Translations under genes and position numbers: made by a program | The notes under the pieces: generated by a model | Seen by the model: only the letters and a program-made list of their open reading frames with translations | Database searches by the model: none | What the model was told of the DNA's origin: nothing | In this document: positions 10,415 to 22,862 of the stretch, in pieces | How the letters are laid out: every line of letters begins with the position of its first letter | Position numbering within the stretch: the stretch's first letter is position 1 | From: an uncultured delta proteobacterium | GTDB lineage: Bacteria > Desulfobacterota > RBG-13-43-22 | Assembly: GCA_963743305.1 (NCBI GenBank) | Contig: CAVUPH010000010.1 | Coordinates: 64,001 to 128,000 of the forward strand | Direction: 5' to 3' | Length of the DNA stretch: 64,000 nucleotides

Positions 10415-10480
10415 TGAACTGCCTGATAATAAATTGCTTTTTATTGCAAAGATTATTTTTCGTAAAAGGGAAAAGACTCC

Positions 10481-11821
10481 ATGATGCCGGCCTTGAATAT
10501 CCTGATAGTGGATGATGAAGTCACCATTCGCAAGACCCTGGCGGTTTGCCTCGAGACCGAAGGGCACAAGGTTTTGGCCGTCAGCAATTTTCAGGATGCT
10601 TTAACGGAGACCGCACGGAGGTCTTTTGAACTGGCCTTGGTAGACCTGCGCCTCGGCACGGAAAACGGTTTGGATCTGATTCCGGCCTTACTGGCGCAAA
10701 CGCCCTGGCTTAAGATTGTCGTCATTACGGCCTACGCCTCCATCGATACGGCCATCGAGGCCATGCGGCGGGGGGCCACCGATTACCTTCCTAAACCGTT
10801 CACCCCCTCTCAAGTCAAACTGGCTGTTCAAAAAGTTGCCGACATGCGGGCTTTGGAGCAAAAGGTTGCCGCCTTGCAGGAAGACCTGGGCCGGTCAAGT
10901 CCCGAGGTAGAATTTTCCAGCACCAGTCCGGCTATGCAGCGGGTGGTCAACCTGGCCCGCCAGGCGGCGCCGTCCGAGGCCACCATCCTTTTGCGCGGAG
11001 AGAACGGGACCGGCAAAACCGTTCTGGCCCGGGTCATACATTCCTGGAGTAAGCGGGCGGCCAAACCGCTGGGCATTATTTCCTGTCCTTCTTTTTCCGC
11101 GGAATTGCTGGAGAGCGAACTCTTCGGGCATGTCAAGGGGGCTTTTACCGGGGCCGTTCGGGACAACCCGGGCCGGGTGGCCGCTTGCGCGGGCGGAACC
11201 CTCTTTCTCGACGAGATCGGGGATTTGCCCCTGGCCTTACAACCCAAGCTGTTGCGCTTCGTCCAGGAAAGGGAATATGAACGGGTTGGAGATACCGTCA
11301 CCCGAAAGGCCGATGTGCGTCTGATAACGGCTACCCACGTGGATTTGGAAAAGGCGGTGCAAGAGGGGCGGTTCCGGGAAGATCTCTTTTTCCGGCTTAA
11401 CGTGATTCCGATCGAAATCCCCCCCTTGCGGGAACGACCGGATGATATCACCATACTCGCCGAAAAATTATTGGCTTTTTATGGTCGGAACAATTACCGG
11501 GTCTTTGCCGGTTTTACCGAGGAAGCCTTGAAGGGACTTAAACAATACTCCTGGCCGGGAAACGTTCGGGAGTTGAGCAATCTCATCGAACGGACGGCCA
11601 TACTTTGTCAAACCGATCGCGTCGGCGTCGAGTGTCTCCCTCAAAATCTCAATCCCCATGAATCCCCGCCCGAAATAGGGGACTCCCTTACCCTGGAAAA
11701 AATCGAAGAACTGCACATCCGCAGAATCCTGGCCGCCACCCGATCACTGCAGGAAGCGGCCGACATCCTGGGTATCGATCAGGCCACCCTCTGGCGCCGC
11801 CGCAAGAAGTACGGGATCTGA
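10481..11821 (+). CDS. Sigma54-dependent response regulator (AlgB/NtrC-like)
   Basis: REC domain (VDDE, DLRL); GENGTGKT; ESELFGHVKGAFTGA; Fis HTH AADILGIDQATLWRRRK. Confidence 0.92.
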   Translation: MMPALNILIVDDEVTIRKTLAVCLETEGHKVLAVSNFQDALTETARRSFELALVDLRLGTENGLDLIPALLAQTPWLKIVVITAYASIDTAIEAMRRGATDYLPKPFTPSQVKLAVQKVADMRALEQKVAALQEDLGRSSPEVEFSSTSPAMQRVVNLARQAAPSEATILLRGENGTGKTVLARVIHSWSKRAAKPLGIISCPSFSAELLESELFGHVKGAFTGAVRDNPGRVAACAGGTLFLDEIGDLPLALQPKLLRFVQEREYERVGDTVTRKADVRLITATHVDLEKAVQEGRFREDLFFRLNVIPIEIPPLRERPDDITILAEKLLAFYGRNNYRVFAGFTEEALKGLKQYSWPGNVRELSNLIERTAILCQTDRVGVECLPQNLNPHESPPEIGDSLTLEKIEELHIRRILAATRSLQEAADILGIDQATLWRRRKKYGI

Positions 11822-11994
11822 GAACAACCCCCCTAATGTCTTTCTTGAGACTGCTGACAAAGGCGAGCACTTCTTTTTTCTCCTTCTTCAGTTTCACTCC
11901 TGATCTTGAAAAGATAACTATAGGGAACAACCTATTTTTGTCTTAAAGAGTTTTTTCTATCCGGGGGGTCACCTTTATCTTGCCCTCATCCACT

Positions 11995-12039
11995 TTGCAA
12001 TTTTCAAGGAATTTAGAAATCCGTTCTTGAAAATCGCAA
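11995..12039. promoter_or_regulatory. Putative upstream activator sequence (inverted pair) for the sigma54 activator
   Basis: TTGCAATTTTCAAG (11995-12008) and CTTGAAAATCGCAA (12026-12039): 13/14 inverted match, 65-110 bp upstream of the -24 box; IHF-like TTTCAATAGGTTA at 12076-12088 lies between them and the promoter. Confidence 0.6.
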
Positions 12040-12102
12040 GATCCCAATTCGGCCTTATAACTAAACTATATTATTTTTCAATAGGTTATAGCCAAGAATT
12101 AT

Positions 12103-12118
12103 TGGCATATCCTTTGCT
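12103..12118 (+). promoter_or_regulatory. Sigma54 -24/-12 promoter
   Basis: TGGCAT-ATCCT-TTGCT matches TGGCAC-N5-TTGCW and ends 24 nt before the porin ATG. Confidence 0.8.
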
Positions 12119-12142
12119 TTCTTTAATGGCGAGAGGAAGAAA

Positions 12143-12976
12143 ATGAGAAAACGTTTATTAACCCTGATTGTTTCGATCTTCGTACTGATGATCTTTGGCC
12201 TGCCAGCCCTGGCCCAAGAAAAGATCGAAGAGAAGGCGGCCGCCGAGCCGGCCGGCATGGTAAAAGAAGAACCCAAACCGTACTTCAGCGTCGCGGCGGC
12301 CGGATTAAGCCAGTATATCTGGCGCGGCTATGAGTTGAGCAAGAACAGCCTGGTGATTCAGCCCTCATTCACCGTCGGCTACCGGGGATTTGAGGCCAAC
12401 CTCTGGGGCAACTTGGACACCAACGACAATTACACCAAGGCCAATAAAGCCAATTGGAACGAAACCGACCTGACCCTTTCTTACACCCACGAGTTCGGAC
12501 CGGTGAAGCTGACTGGCGGATACATCTACTATGCCCTGGAAGGAGTGGACGATTCCCAGGAATTGTTCTTGAAGATTGGCGGAAATTTCCTCTTGTCCCC
12601 CACCCTGTCCATTTATCGGGAGATCGCCAATTATCCCGGCTGGTACCTGAACCTGGGCGTCAGTCATTCTATCAACCTAACCAAAGAAATCACGCTCGAC
12701 CTGGGCGCTTCGATCGGCTACCAAATTTCCGATACCGACAAAATTGTACAATATAATTCCCAACTGCTGCCCACCACCAATAAATACAACGCCCTGCACG
12801 ACGGGAATTTAATGATGGGGCTGACCATTCCTTTCGGCAAGTACTTTTCGGTCAAGCCGGTGGTGTACTACTCGCTCCCACTTTCGGATGACGCCAAGTA
12901 CCGCATCCAGGGAACCAGCCTGAGTAACAAATATGACTTTTTCTACGGCGGCGTCATTCTGACCGCCGCCTTTTAA
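12143..12976 (+). CDS. Outer-membrane beta-barrel (TorF/TIGR02001-like putative porin)
   Basis: Signal peptide ending ALA; SQYIWRGY, ETDLTLSY; alternating beta strands; C-terminal Phe. Confidence 0.75.
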   Translation: MRKRLLTLIVSIFVLMIFGLPALAQEKIEEKAAAEPAGMVKEEPKPYFSVAAAGLSQYIWRGYELSKNSLVIQPSFTVGYRGFEANLWGNLDTNDNYTKANKANWNETDLTLSYTHEFGPVKLTGGYIYYALEGVDDSQELFLKIGGNFLLSPTLSIYREIANYPGWYLNLGVSHSINLTKEITLDLGASIGYQISDTDKIVQYNSQLLPTTNKYNALHDGNLMMGLTIPFGKYFSVKPVVYYSLPLSDDAKYRIQGTSLSNKYDFFYGGVILTAAF

Positions 12977-13062
12977 AGAAAAAGGTGGCGAAATCCTTCT
13001 TGCAAACAAAAATCGTTGCCTTACAATAACTTAAATAAGGAATTAACCAAAAAAGAATAGCC

Positions 13063-14908
13063 ATGTTAGGTCTTCGCCAAAAAATATCTCTCGGCTTCGG
13101 TGGGCTGTTGATCATTATTTTATTTATCGGAATCCAGAGTATCATTCAACTCAGCCGACTGGGAGATTCCATCGATGTCATCCTGCGCGAAAACTACCGG
13201 AGCGTCATCGCCTGTCAGGAGATTAAAGAAGCCCTGGAACGTATTGACAGCGGAATCCTTTTTTCGCTTCAAGGATACACCCAAAAAGGCGACGAACAGA
13301 TTCGTATCAATGAACAGGCCTTTGAAAAGGCCCTTCAGGTGGAATTGAACAATATCACCCTTCCCGGTGAAGGTGAAAAGGCCGCGCTGCTGCAAAAGAA
13401 TTACAATCAATACAAAAGCTCCCTTAAGGATGTAGTGGGGAGTCCCCTTTCAATTGATCATCGTCGTCAGACTTATTTTAACGAATTCCTTCCTTTGTTC
13501 GATCGTATTAAAGGGACCGCCAACGAAATCCTTCAAATGAACCAGCAAAATATGCACGAAGCCAATGATCGGGCCCGCCGGAGTGCCGCTACGGCTAAAA
13601 GGGAGATGGTTTTTCTTTTATTGGCGGGAATGATCATCGCCGTAGGATTTTTATTTTTTTTCGGGAAATGGGTCTTGCGGCCTATTAACCGCCTGATCCA
13701 ATCTACCGATGAAATCCGAAAAGGAAACCTGGATCTGGTTGTCCAAAGCTCCTCCCGGGACGAGATCGGTCATCTTTCCCAAGCCTTTAATGACATGGCC
13801 ACCAGCCTCAGGGAGTTTCGCCGCTCGGATCAGGCCCATCTCATTCGGGTCCAGCAGGCCACACAGCAGGCCTTCAACAGCTTGCCGGAGGCGATAGCGG
13901 TTATCGATCTGGAGGGCAAGGTAGAGGTGGCCACCGAAACAGCCAGGAATTCCTTTGGACTCCATGCCGAACATCTCCCTTAGCGCCTTGCCCTTTGGAT
14001 GGATGGCGGAATTATACCAGGAGGCCATCAAGCAGGGCCGTACGGTAAATCTGAAAAACAGCCAAGGGGTCTTTCAGCATTTCATCCAGGGGGAAGAACG
14101 ATATTTTCATCCGGAGGCGGTTCCTATCCTCGACCGGGAGAGACAGCCCACCGGGGTGGTGATGGTCCTTCAGGACGTCACCCAGCTCCGGCAGCAGGAT
14201 GAGATAAAAAGAGGGATGATTTCGACCGTATCCCATCAACTGAAAACACCTCTGACCTCCATACGTATGGCCATCCACCTCCTGCTGGAAGAAAAAGTTG
14301 GACACCTTACCGAAAAACAGGTCGAACTACTTTTGGCCGCCCGGGAAGACAGCGACCGGCTGCATAATATCCTCCATAGTCTGCTGGATATCAGCCGTAT
14401 CGAATCGGGCAAGACCAGGATGGAATTTAGGGCGGTTTCCCCGAATTCTCTGCAAATGGAAGCCCTGGAACCTTTTTGGAGGGCATCCCACGACCAGGGG
14501 GTGACCTTACAAGTCGATATTCCCGGGGACTTACCCGACGTTTGGGCCGATCCGACCAGGATCTATTATGTCTTTGGCAATCTTCTTTCCAATGCCCTTA
14601 GATACACCCCGCCCGGCGGCATGATTACCTTCTCAGCCAGAGCGGAAGAAAAGGAGGTCCGTTTTTCCGTTACCGATACGGGAAAGGGAATTCCCAGTCA
14701 ATATCTCCCCAGGATCTTCGAACAATTCTTTCGTGTTCCTGATCAGGAAAAAGAATCGGGGGCCGGACTGGGTTTGTCTATTGTTAAAGAGATCATCGAA
14801 GCCCACGGGGGGACCGTGGGCGTGGAAAGTCAGGAAGGGAAAGGGAGCACCTTTATCTTTACCTTGAAAATGGTGGATCACCTATCGAAGGAGGAGGATC
14901 ATTCATGA
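13063..14908 (+). CDS. KinB-like sensor histidine kinase (TM-4HB-TM-HAMP-PAS-HisKA-HATPase), frameshift near 13962
   Basis: Two overlapping ORFs join by removing one C; HAMP DEIGHL; TVSHQLKTPLTS; NALRYT; GAGLGL. Confidence 0.85.
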
Positions 14909-14988
14909 TGGACGTGGTCTATATTATTATTTCAATCGGTTTTTTCGGCCTGTGTGTCCTGTACCTGCGGGCCTGTGAGAGGCTTTAA
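14905..14988 (+). CDS. 27-aa hydrophobic small protein upstream of kdpF (MMDVVYIIISIGFFGLCVLYLRACERL)
   Basis: RBS GGAGGAGG; ATGA overlap with the kinase stop; one TM helix; not in the ORF track. Confidence 0.7.
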   Translation: MMDVVYIIISIGFFGLCVLYLRACERL

Positions 14989-14989
14989 C

Positions 14990-15073
14990 ATGTCGGATAT
15001 TATTGGATTGATTATCGGGCTGATCCTGATCGTTTATCTCTTTATAACCGTTCTTCGGCCTGAAAAGTTTTGA
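14990..15073 (+). CDS. kdpF: K+-transporting ATPase subunit F (MSDIIGLIIGLILIVYLFITVLRPEKF)
   Basis: YL...LRPEKF signature immediately before kdpA. Confidence 0.9.
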   Translation: MSDIIGLIIGLILIVYLFITVLRPEKF

Positions 15074-15088
15074 AGAAGGGATAGAATC

Positions 15089-16892
15089 ATGGACCTTTAC
15101 GGATGGATTCAACTCACTCTCTTTATGGTGGTTCTTCTGGCACTGACCAAACCCATGGGCCTTTATCTGGTTCAGGTCATGGATGCCGAAGGCAAGACCT
15201 TTCTGGACCCGGTTCTACAGACCCTTGGAACGGGTCTTGTACCGGTTCTTTGGTCTGAACCCGAAAAAAGAACAGGACTGGAAAGGCTATACCTTTTCTT
15301 TGCTTTTGTTCAGCCTGGTCGGGTTATTGTTTACTTATGGGATCCTTCGCCTCCAGCACCTACTGCCCTTCAACCCCCAAGGCTTCGGGCCGGTTCCCGC
15401 CGACCTGGCCTTCAATACCGCGGTCAGTTTCACCACCAATACCAATTGGCAAAATTACGGTGGTGAATCAACCCTCTCCTATTTCTCCCAGATGGTGGGT
15501 CTGGTTTTTCATAACTTCGCCTCAGCCGCCGTGGGCCTGGCCGCAGCCGCGGCCCTGGTACGCGGCATTGCCCGACATTCGGCCAAAACGATCGGCAACT
15601 TCTGGGTCGATTTAATACGGGGAAACCTTTATCTGCTGCTGCCGATCAGCCTGGTATTGGCCGTCTTCTTGGTCTCACAGGGCATGATCCAGAACTTTAA
15701 GGCCTATGATTCGGCCAGGCTCATCGAACCCATGACCATCCAGGTACCTAAAAAGGACGCCGGCGGTCAGGAGATCAAAGATGCCCAGGGCAACCCGGTG
15801 ATGGAAGAGCAGAAGCTGACACAACAGACCCTTCCCCAGGGCCCGGTTGCCTCCCAGGTGGCCATTAAGATGCTGGGAACCAACGGCGGCGGTTTTTTCA
15901 ATGCCAATGCCGCCCATCCTTATGAGAACCCGACCCCTTTATCCAATTTTTTACAGATGCTTTCCATCTTTCTTATCCCCAGCGGCCTGACTTATTTTCT
16001 GGGCCGCATGGTCAAAAATCAGAAACATGGCTGGGCTGTCTGGAGCGCCATGACCATCCTTTTTCTCAGTGCCTTCCTGATCTGCTGGTGGGCGGAATCA
16101 GCCGGCAATCCGCGCCTCCAGGCCCTGGGCCTGGACCCGGTAAGCGGGAATATGGAAGGGAAGGAAGTCCGTTTCGGGATCTTCAACTCCGCCCTTTTCG
16201 CTTCTATCACCACCGACGCCTCTTGCGGGGCGGTCAATGCCATGCATGATTCCTTTACCCCCCTCGGAGGGTTGATTCCCCTTTTTAACATCCAGTTGGG
16301 CGAGGTCGTTTTCGGGGGCGTGGGGGCGGGACTGTATGGGATGCTGGTTTTCGTCATCCTGGCCGTATTCTTGACCGGTTTGATGGTCGGCCGCACACCC
16401 GAGTATCTCGGTAAAAAGATAGAACCCTACGATGTCAAGGTGAGCGTTCTGGCCCTGATGATCCTGATCTTCAGCATCCTCGGCTTCTCGGCCTGGGCCC
16501 TGGTCAGTAAATGGGGATTGGCCGGTTTGAACAACAGCGGTCCCCATGGGTTGAGCGAGATACTCTATGCCTACTCCTCGGCCACCGGCAATAACGGCAG
16601 CGCCTTTGCCGGACTGAGCGGTAATACCCCCTGGTACAACACCACCCTGGGTTTGGGCATGCTTTTCGGACGGTTTGTCATGCTGGTGCCGGTCATGGCC
16701 CTGGCCGGGAGTCTGGCCGGGAAAAAACTCGTTCCCTCATCCGGAGGAAGCTTTCCGGTCTGGGGATTGACCTTTACCCTCGTCCTGGTGGGTACGGTCG
16801 TAATCGTCGGGGCCTTGACCTTCCTTCCGGCCCTGGCTTTGGGTCCTATCGTCGAGCACTTTTTGATGACCGGATCAAAAATTCTTTTTTAA
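15089..16892 (+). CDS. kdpA: K+-transporting ATPase subunit A (frameshift near 15218)
   Basis: AFNTAVSFTTNTNWQNY, LGTNGGG, MEGKEVRFG, NNGSAF; the N-terminus is in a second frame and joins by removing one C. Confidence 0.93.
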
Positions 16893-16905
16893 AAGGCAAA
16901 GGATC

Positions 16906-18928
<2,023 letters not shown>

Positions 18929-19040
18929 CGTCAAAGCTGAAAGCTCAAAGGAAAACCTTTAAACCCATGAGCTCATGGCTCTATGCTCTTTGCCTTGCGC
19001 CTGGCGCCATGAAATTTGAAACGTTAAGAGGCTTGAAACC

Positions 19041-19625
19041 ATGAAAAACATTATTGCCGAACTTCGCATCGCCTTGCTGGCCACCTTATCCCTGGCGGTG
19101 ATTGTTTGCGGTCTTTATCCCCTGGCGGTCTGGGCTCTGTCCCAGGGATTATTCCCGGATAAGGCCAATGGCTCTTTGGTCAAGGAAAAGCAGGTGATCA
19201 GGGGATCGCGCCTTATCGCCCAGGGGTTTGACGATCCGAAATACTTTCATCCCCGTCCGTCAGCCGCCGGGCAAGGCTATGACGGTCTCAATTCCGGCGG
19301 CAGCAATCTCGGACCTCTTTCCAAGAAACTGAACGATAGCCTTAAAGAACGCCTGAGCCAATACCGTACCGAAAACAAACTTTCTCCGGATATCCTGATC
19401 CCGGCTGATGCCGTAACCGCCTCGGCCAGCGGCCTGGACCCGCACATCAGCATAAAAAATGCTAGGTTACAGGCCTCGCGTGTCGCCGCGGCCCGGGGTG
19501 TGGGAGATCAAACGGTTTTAAAACAGATTGAACATTACACCGAGGGCCGGGACATGGGAATCTTCGGTGAACCCCGGGTCAATGTCCTGATGGTGAATCT
19601 GGCCCTGGATCGCCTGACCCAATGA
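19041..19625 (+). CDS. kdpC: K+-transporting ATPase subunit C
   Basis: YFHPRPSA, SGGSNLGP, TASASGLDPHIS, VNVL. Confidence 0.95.
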   Translation: MKNIIAELRIALLATLSLAVIVCGLYPLAVWALSQGLFPDKANGSLVKEKQVIRGSRLIAQGFDDPKYFHPRPSAAGQGYDGLNSGGSNLGPLSKKLNDSLKERLSQYRTENKLSPDILIPADAVTASASGLDPHISIKNARLQASRVAAARGVGDQTVLKQIEHYTEGRDMGIFGEPRVNVLMVNLALDRLTQ

Positions 19626-19635
19626 GGATATTAAA

Positions 19636-19727
19636 TTGGACGCAGATTTTCGTTGATACCCGCAGATAACTATTCTATTAGCTCTTTATATTGAAAATCC
19701 TGGCAATCTGCGTTCATCTGCGTCCAA
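19636..19727. repeat. Short intergenic inverted repeat with internal GCAGAT repeats (REP-like)
   Basis: TTGGACGCAGAT ... ATCTGCGTCCAA, 12-bp perfect IR. Confidence 0.55.
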
Positions 19728-19765
19728 AATGCAAATCCCTTTACTGTCAAGATAGGATAAAGCTA

Positions 19766-21016
19766 ATGGCGAACGACACATTAACACCCCAAACCGAAAG
19801 GCTCTTGGTGTGCCTGGGGCCGGGCGCTTCTTCCGCCGGACTCATAAACGCCGCCGGCAGAATGGCCGCTGATCTAAAGGCCCAATGGTTTGTGATATTT
19901 GTCGAAGACCCCAAGACGCTGCTGCTGCCGGAAGAGGCTCGCAACCGCATCTTCGGCAATTTGCGTTTGGCGGAGCAAATGGGGGCCAAGACCTTTACCC
20001 TTACCGGCCGCCATGTAGCCGAAGAAATTATACGCTTTGCCGGAGAGCGGAAAATCACCAGGATTGTCCTCGGCAAACCAGGCGGCTCCTTTTGGGAAAA
20101 ATTTTTCTTGAGGAGCCCGGTGGATAAACTGGTCCGGATGAGCGGAGAGACGGATGTTTACGTTATTAGCGGAGAAGCTGGGGAACAAAGAGCGGCACCC
20201 TACACGATTCGACCCCAAAGAATCCGTTTGTCCGACTATGGAGCAGGCTTCTTGTTTTTTATCTTGGCTTCCCTGCTCTGCTTTTTGATGTTCCCCTACT
20301 TTCACCTCAATAATTTGATTATGGTCTATCTGCTGGGCGTCATGATAACGGCCGCTTCCTGCGGCCGGGGACCGGCGATCCTTTGTTCTTTCTTAAGCGT
20401 TCTGGGGTTTGATTTCTTTTTTGTCCCCCCACGTTTTTCATTCACCGTGGAAGAGGCTCAGTATATCGTTACCTTCATCGTCATGTTTCTGGTTGCTTTG
20501 GTCATCAGTCACCTGGCTAACCGGTTGCGGCAACAAGCCGAACTCGCCCGTTACCAGGAACGGCAGACCACCGCCATGCATGGTCTCAGTCGCCAACTTG
20601 CCGGCACGAGAGGAACGGAAAAAATCTTCCAGGTTGCCGTGAACTATATTTCGGAGATTTTTGATAGCCAGGTTGCGGCCTTGGTTTCGAACGGGCAAGA
20701 GAAGCTTAAAGTGGTTGCCGGGGATCCCTCCTCCGTCTTTTACCGGGATATCACCAAAGAAATCAAGAGCGCCCACTTGGCCTATGACAGCGGGCAAATT
20801 ACCGGGTTGGGCACGGGGTCCTCTCCGACATCCGAAAACCACTATGTGCCGATTCGAGCGGCCGATTCCACTTTGGGAGTTTTGGTCTTACGGCCCTCAG
20901 ATCGAAACCGCTTCCAGCACCCGGAACAGTTGAATCTTTTGGAATCATTGGTCAAGCAAGTTGCCCTCTCATTAGAGGTCGAGCACTTGGATAGAAATGA
21001 AAAATCCAAGGTCTGA
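19766..21016 (+). CDS. KdpD middle fragment: USP + 4-TM DUF4118 + GAF, no kinase core
   Basis: ERLLVCLG..NLRLAEQMGA (USP); FDFFFVPPRFSF (DUF4118); ends QVALSLE where the DHp domain would start. ATG 19766 preferred over TTG 19691. Confidence 0.8.
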   Translation: MANDTLTPQTERLLVCLGPGASSAGLINAAGRMAADLKAQWFVIFVEDPKTLLLPEEARNRIFGNLRLAEQMGAKTFTLTGRHVAEEIIRFAGERKITRIVLGKPGGSFWEKFFLRSPVDKLVRMSGETDVYVISGEAGEQRAAPYTIRPQRIRLSDYGAGFLFFILASLLCFLMFPYFHLNNLIMVYLLGVMITAASCGRGPAILCSFLSVLGFDFFFVPPRFSFTVEEAQYIVTFIVMFLVALVISHLANRLRQQAELARYQERQTTAMHGLSRQLAGTRGTEKIFQVAVNYISEIFDSQVAALVSNGQEKLKVVAGDPSSVFYRDITKEIKSAHLAYDSGQITGLGTGSSPTSENHYVPIRAADSTLGVLVLRPSDRNRFQHPEQLNLLESLVKQVALSLEVEHLDRNEKSKV

Positions 21017-21089
21017 GGCATGAAAAGGTGATGGAGCTAAAATCCTTTATCCCTGGAATCCTGGAATCCTGGATTTTCGTATTTAACCT

Positions 21090-22766
21090 ATGAGCAACGA
21101 CCGAGCAGACGCCTTTCTGAGAATGATCCGCCACTCCCAGCGTGGCCGGTTGAAGGTCTATCTGGGCTATTGCCCGGGGGTGGGCAAGACCTATCAGATG
21201 CTCCAGGAAGGTCATCGGCTTAAAAATGATGGGATCGATGTGATCGTCGGGCTCGTGGAAACCCACGGCCGGGCCGATATCGCCAAACTGATTGGAGGGC
21301 TGGAGGTCATCCCCCGGCGCCGGCAGGAATACCGCGGCGTTCCGGTAGAAGAAATGGATGTGGAGGCCATTCTGGCCCGCAAACCCCGGGTGGCCCTTAT
21401 CGACGAACTGGCTCATACCAATGTTCCCGGCAGCCTGAACCAAAAACGCTATCAGGACGTTCAGGACATCCTGGCCGCCGGGATCCATGTCATCACCACT
21501 TTGAATGTCCAACATTTGGAAAGTCTCTATGATATGGTCGAAAAGGCCGTCGGGGTCAAAGTCCGGGAACGCCTTCCCGATTCGGTCCTGGCGGAAGCCG
21601 ACCAGATCGTCGACGTGGATTTGTCCACCGAAGACTTACAAAAACGATTGGAAGAAGGAAAGATCTATCCCCGCGAGCGTATCCAGACCGCGCTCAGTAA
21701 TTTTTTCAGGACTTCCAATCTGGAAAAGCTTCGGGAACTCACCCTTCGGGAACTCGCCTCCCAGATTGATTCTAGGAGGCGGGAGACGGAGGAAAAAGAA
21801 AGCGATATCACGCCCGACCAGATCATGGTCTGCTTGAGTTCGCGTGGACCCAATAGCGATAAACTACTCCGGTATGCCTCGCGCTTAGCCGGGAAACTGA
21901 ATCGAAACTGGTATGCCGTTTATGTTCAGACCCCTTCCGAAGAAGCCACGGTCATCGACGTCCGAACCCAGCGTCACCTCTCAGACACCTTGACCTTGGC
22001 CAAGCAATTAGGCGCCTTGGTGTTTACCTATAAGGGAGAGGAGATCGTCGATACCATCCTTCGCTTTGCCAAGGAATACCGGGTGGGTCATATCATTATC
22101 GGAAGGCCGGGGGCCAAACCTTTTTTTAAAAAATTCGGAAAGAATAACGATATTGTCGGCGAACTGATCAAAAAAGCCTTGGGGATCACAGTGATCATTC
22201 TGGACACCAGTGAAGAAGGCCCTCCCAAGGCTCAGCTCCCTGGGGTGATCCCGGAAGTGACTACGACCGTTTCAATTCCTTCCGAAACCAAACCCCCGTC
22301 CCAGGAGCAGTTGAGGTTGTCCCAACTTCTATCAGCGCACCAGATCATCCTTTGGGATATGCCGGTGGGAAAAGAGGTTATTCTCCACGAATTGACGGAA
22401 GCTCTGGCCAAGCAGAATAGCCTTGGTGATCCGGAGATCTTATTGCAGGAGGTCCTTAAGCGGGAAGAACTGGGATCGACCTTTTTTAATGAGGGGGTGG
22501 CCTTCCCCCACACCCGGATCAACGGACTGACGACCCCTGTAGTAGCCCTGGGGTTAACCAGAAAAGGGGTTTCCGATGTCCTTACTGAAAAACCCGTTGA
22601 GATTGTTTTTTTGATCCTATCTCCGGCCCAAATCCCCGATATTCAGGTCAAGGTGTTAGGTCTGACCAGTCGAGCGGCCCAAAACAGACAGCTTCTGCAA
22701 AGTCTCAAATCAGCCCAAACCCCAGAAGAGGTGTTAACAGCTTTTCGCGATTGGGAAACGCCCTAG
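21090..22766 (+). CDS. kdpD: KdpD N-terminal domain + USP + PTS EIIA type-2 domain fusion
   Basis: GRLKVYLGYCPGVGKT, IDELAHTN, TTLNVQHLESL; USP IMVCLSS; EIIA REELGSTFFNEGVAFPHTR; no HisKA or HATPase. Confidence 0.85.
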   Translation: MSNDRADAFLRMIRHSQRGRLKVYLGYCPGVGKTYQMLQEGHRLKNDGIDVIVGLVETHGRADIAKLIGGLEVIPRRRQEYRGVPVEEMDVEAILARKPRVALIDELAHTNVPGSLNQKRYQDVQDILAAGIHVITTLNVQHLESLYDMVEKAVGVKVRERLPDSVLAEADQIVDVDLSTEDLQKRLEEGKIYPRERIQTALSNFFRTSNLEKLRELTLRELASQIDSRRRETEEKESDITPDQIMVCLSSRGPNSDKLLRYASRLAGKLNRNWYAVYVQTPSEEATVIDVRTQRHLSDTLTLAKQLGALVFTYKGEEIVDTILRFAKEYRVGHIIIGRPGAKPFFKKFGKNNDIVGELIKKALGITVIILDTSEEGPPKAQLPGVIPEVTTTVSIPSETKPPSQEQLRLSQLLSAHQIILWDMPVGKEVILHELTEALAKQNSLGDPEILLQEVLKREELGSTFFNEGVAFPHTRINGLTTPVVALGLTRKGVSDVLTEKPVEIVFLILSPAQIPDIQVKVLGLTSRAAQNRQLLQSLKSAQTPEEVLTAFRDWETP

Positions 22767-22862
22767 CTCAACATATTATCGCCAGTCTGTCCCTATCCCG
22801 GCTATCTTGGCAGTCAGTTGTGCCAGTGCCCAATTCATCCCCTTTGAACCGGAGGTCGAAAG

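Noticed and set aside
11852-11869. Single CAAAGGCG ANTAR-like loop after the sigma54 regulator gene
   Set aside because: No second hairpin, a weak stem, and it lies upstream of the sigma54 promoter
12986-13004. Second sigma54 promoter (TGGCGA...TTGCA) before the kinase
   Set aside because: Spacing is 3 nt too long for a -24/-12 promoter
18930-19015. Short imperfect 7-8-mer repeats (AAAGCTG/AAAGCTC; also 7515-7540 and GGAATCCT at 21055-21075) as a CRISPR or coding signal
   Set aside because: Only 2-3 units and no spacers; simple intergenic microrepeats
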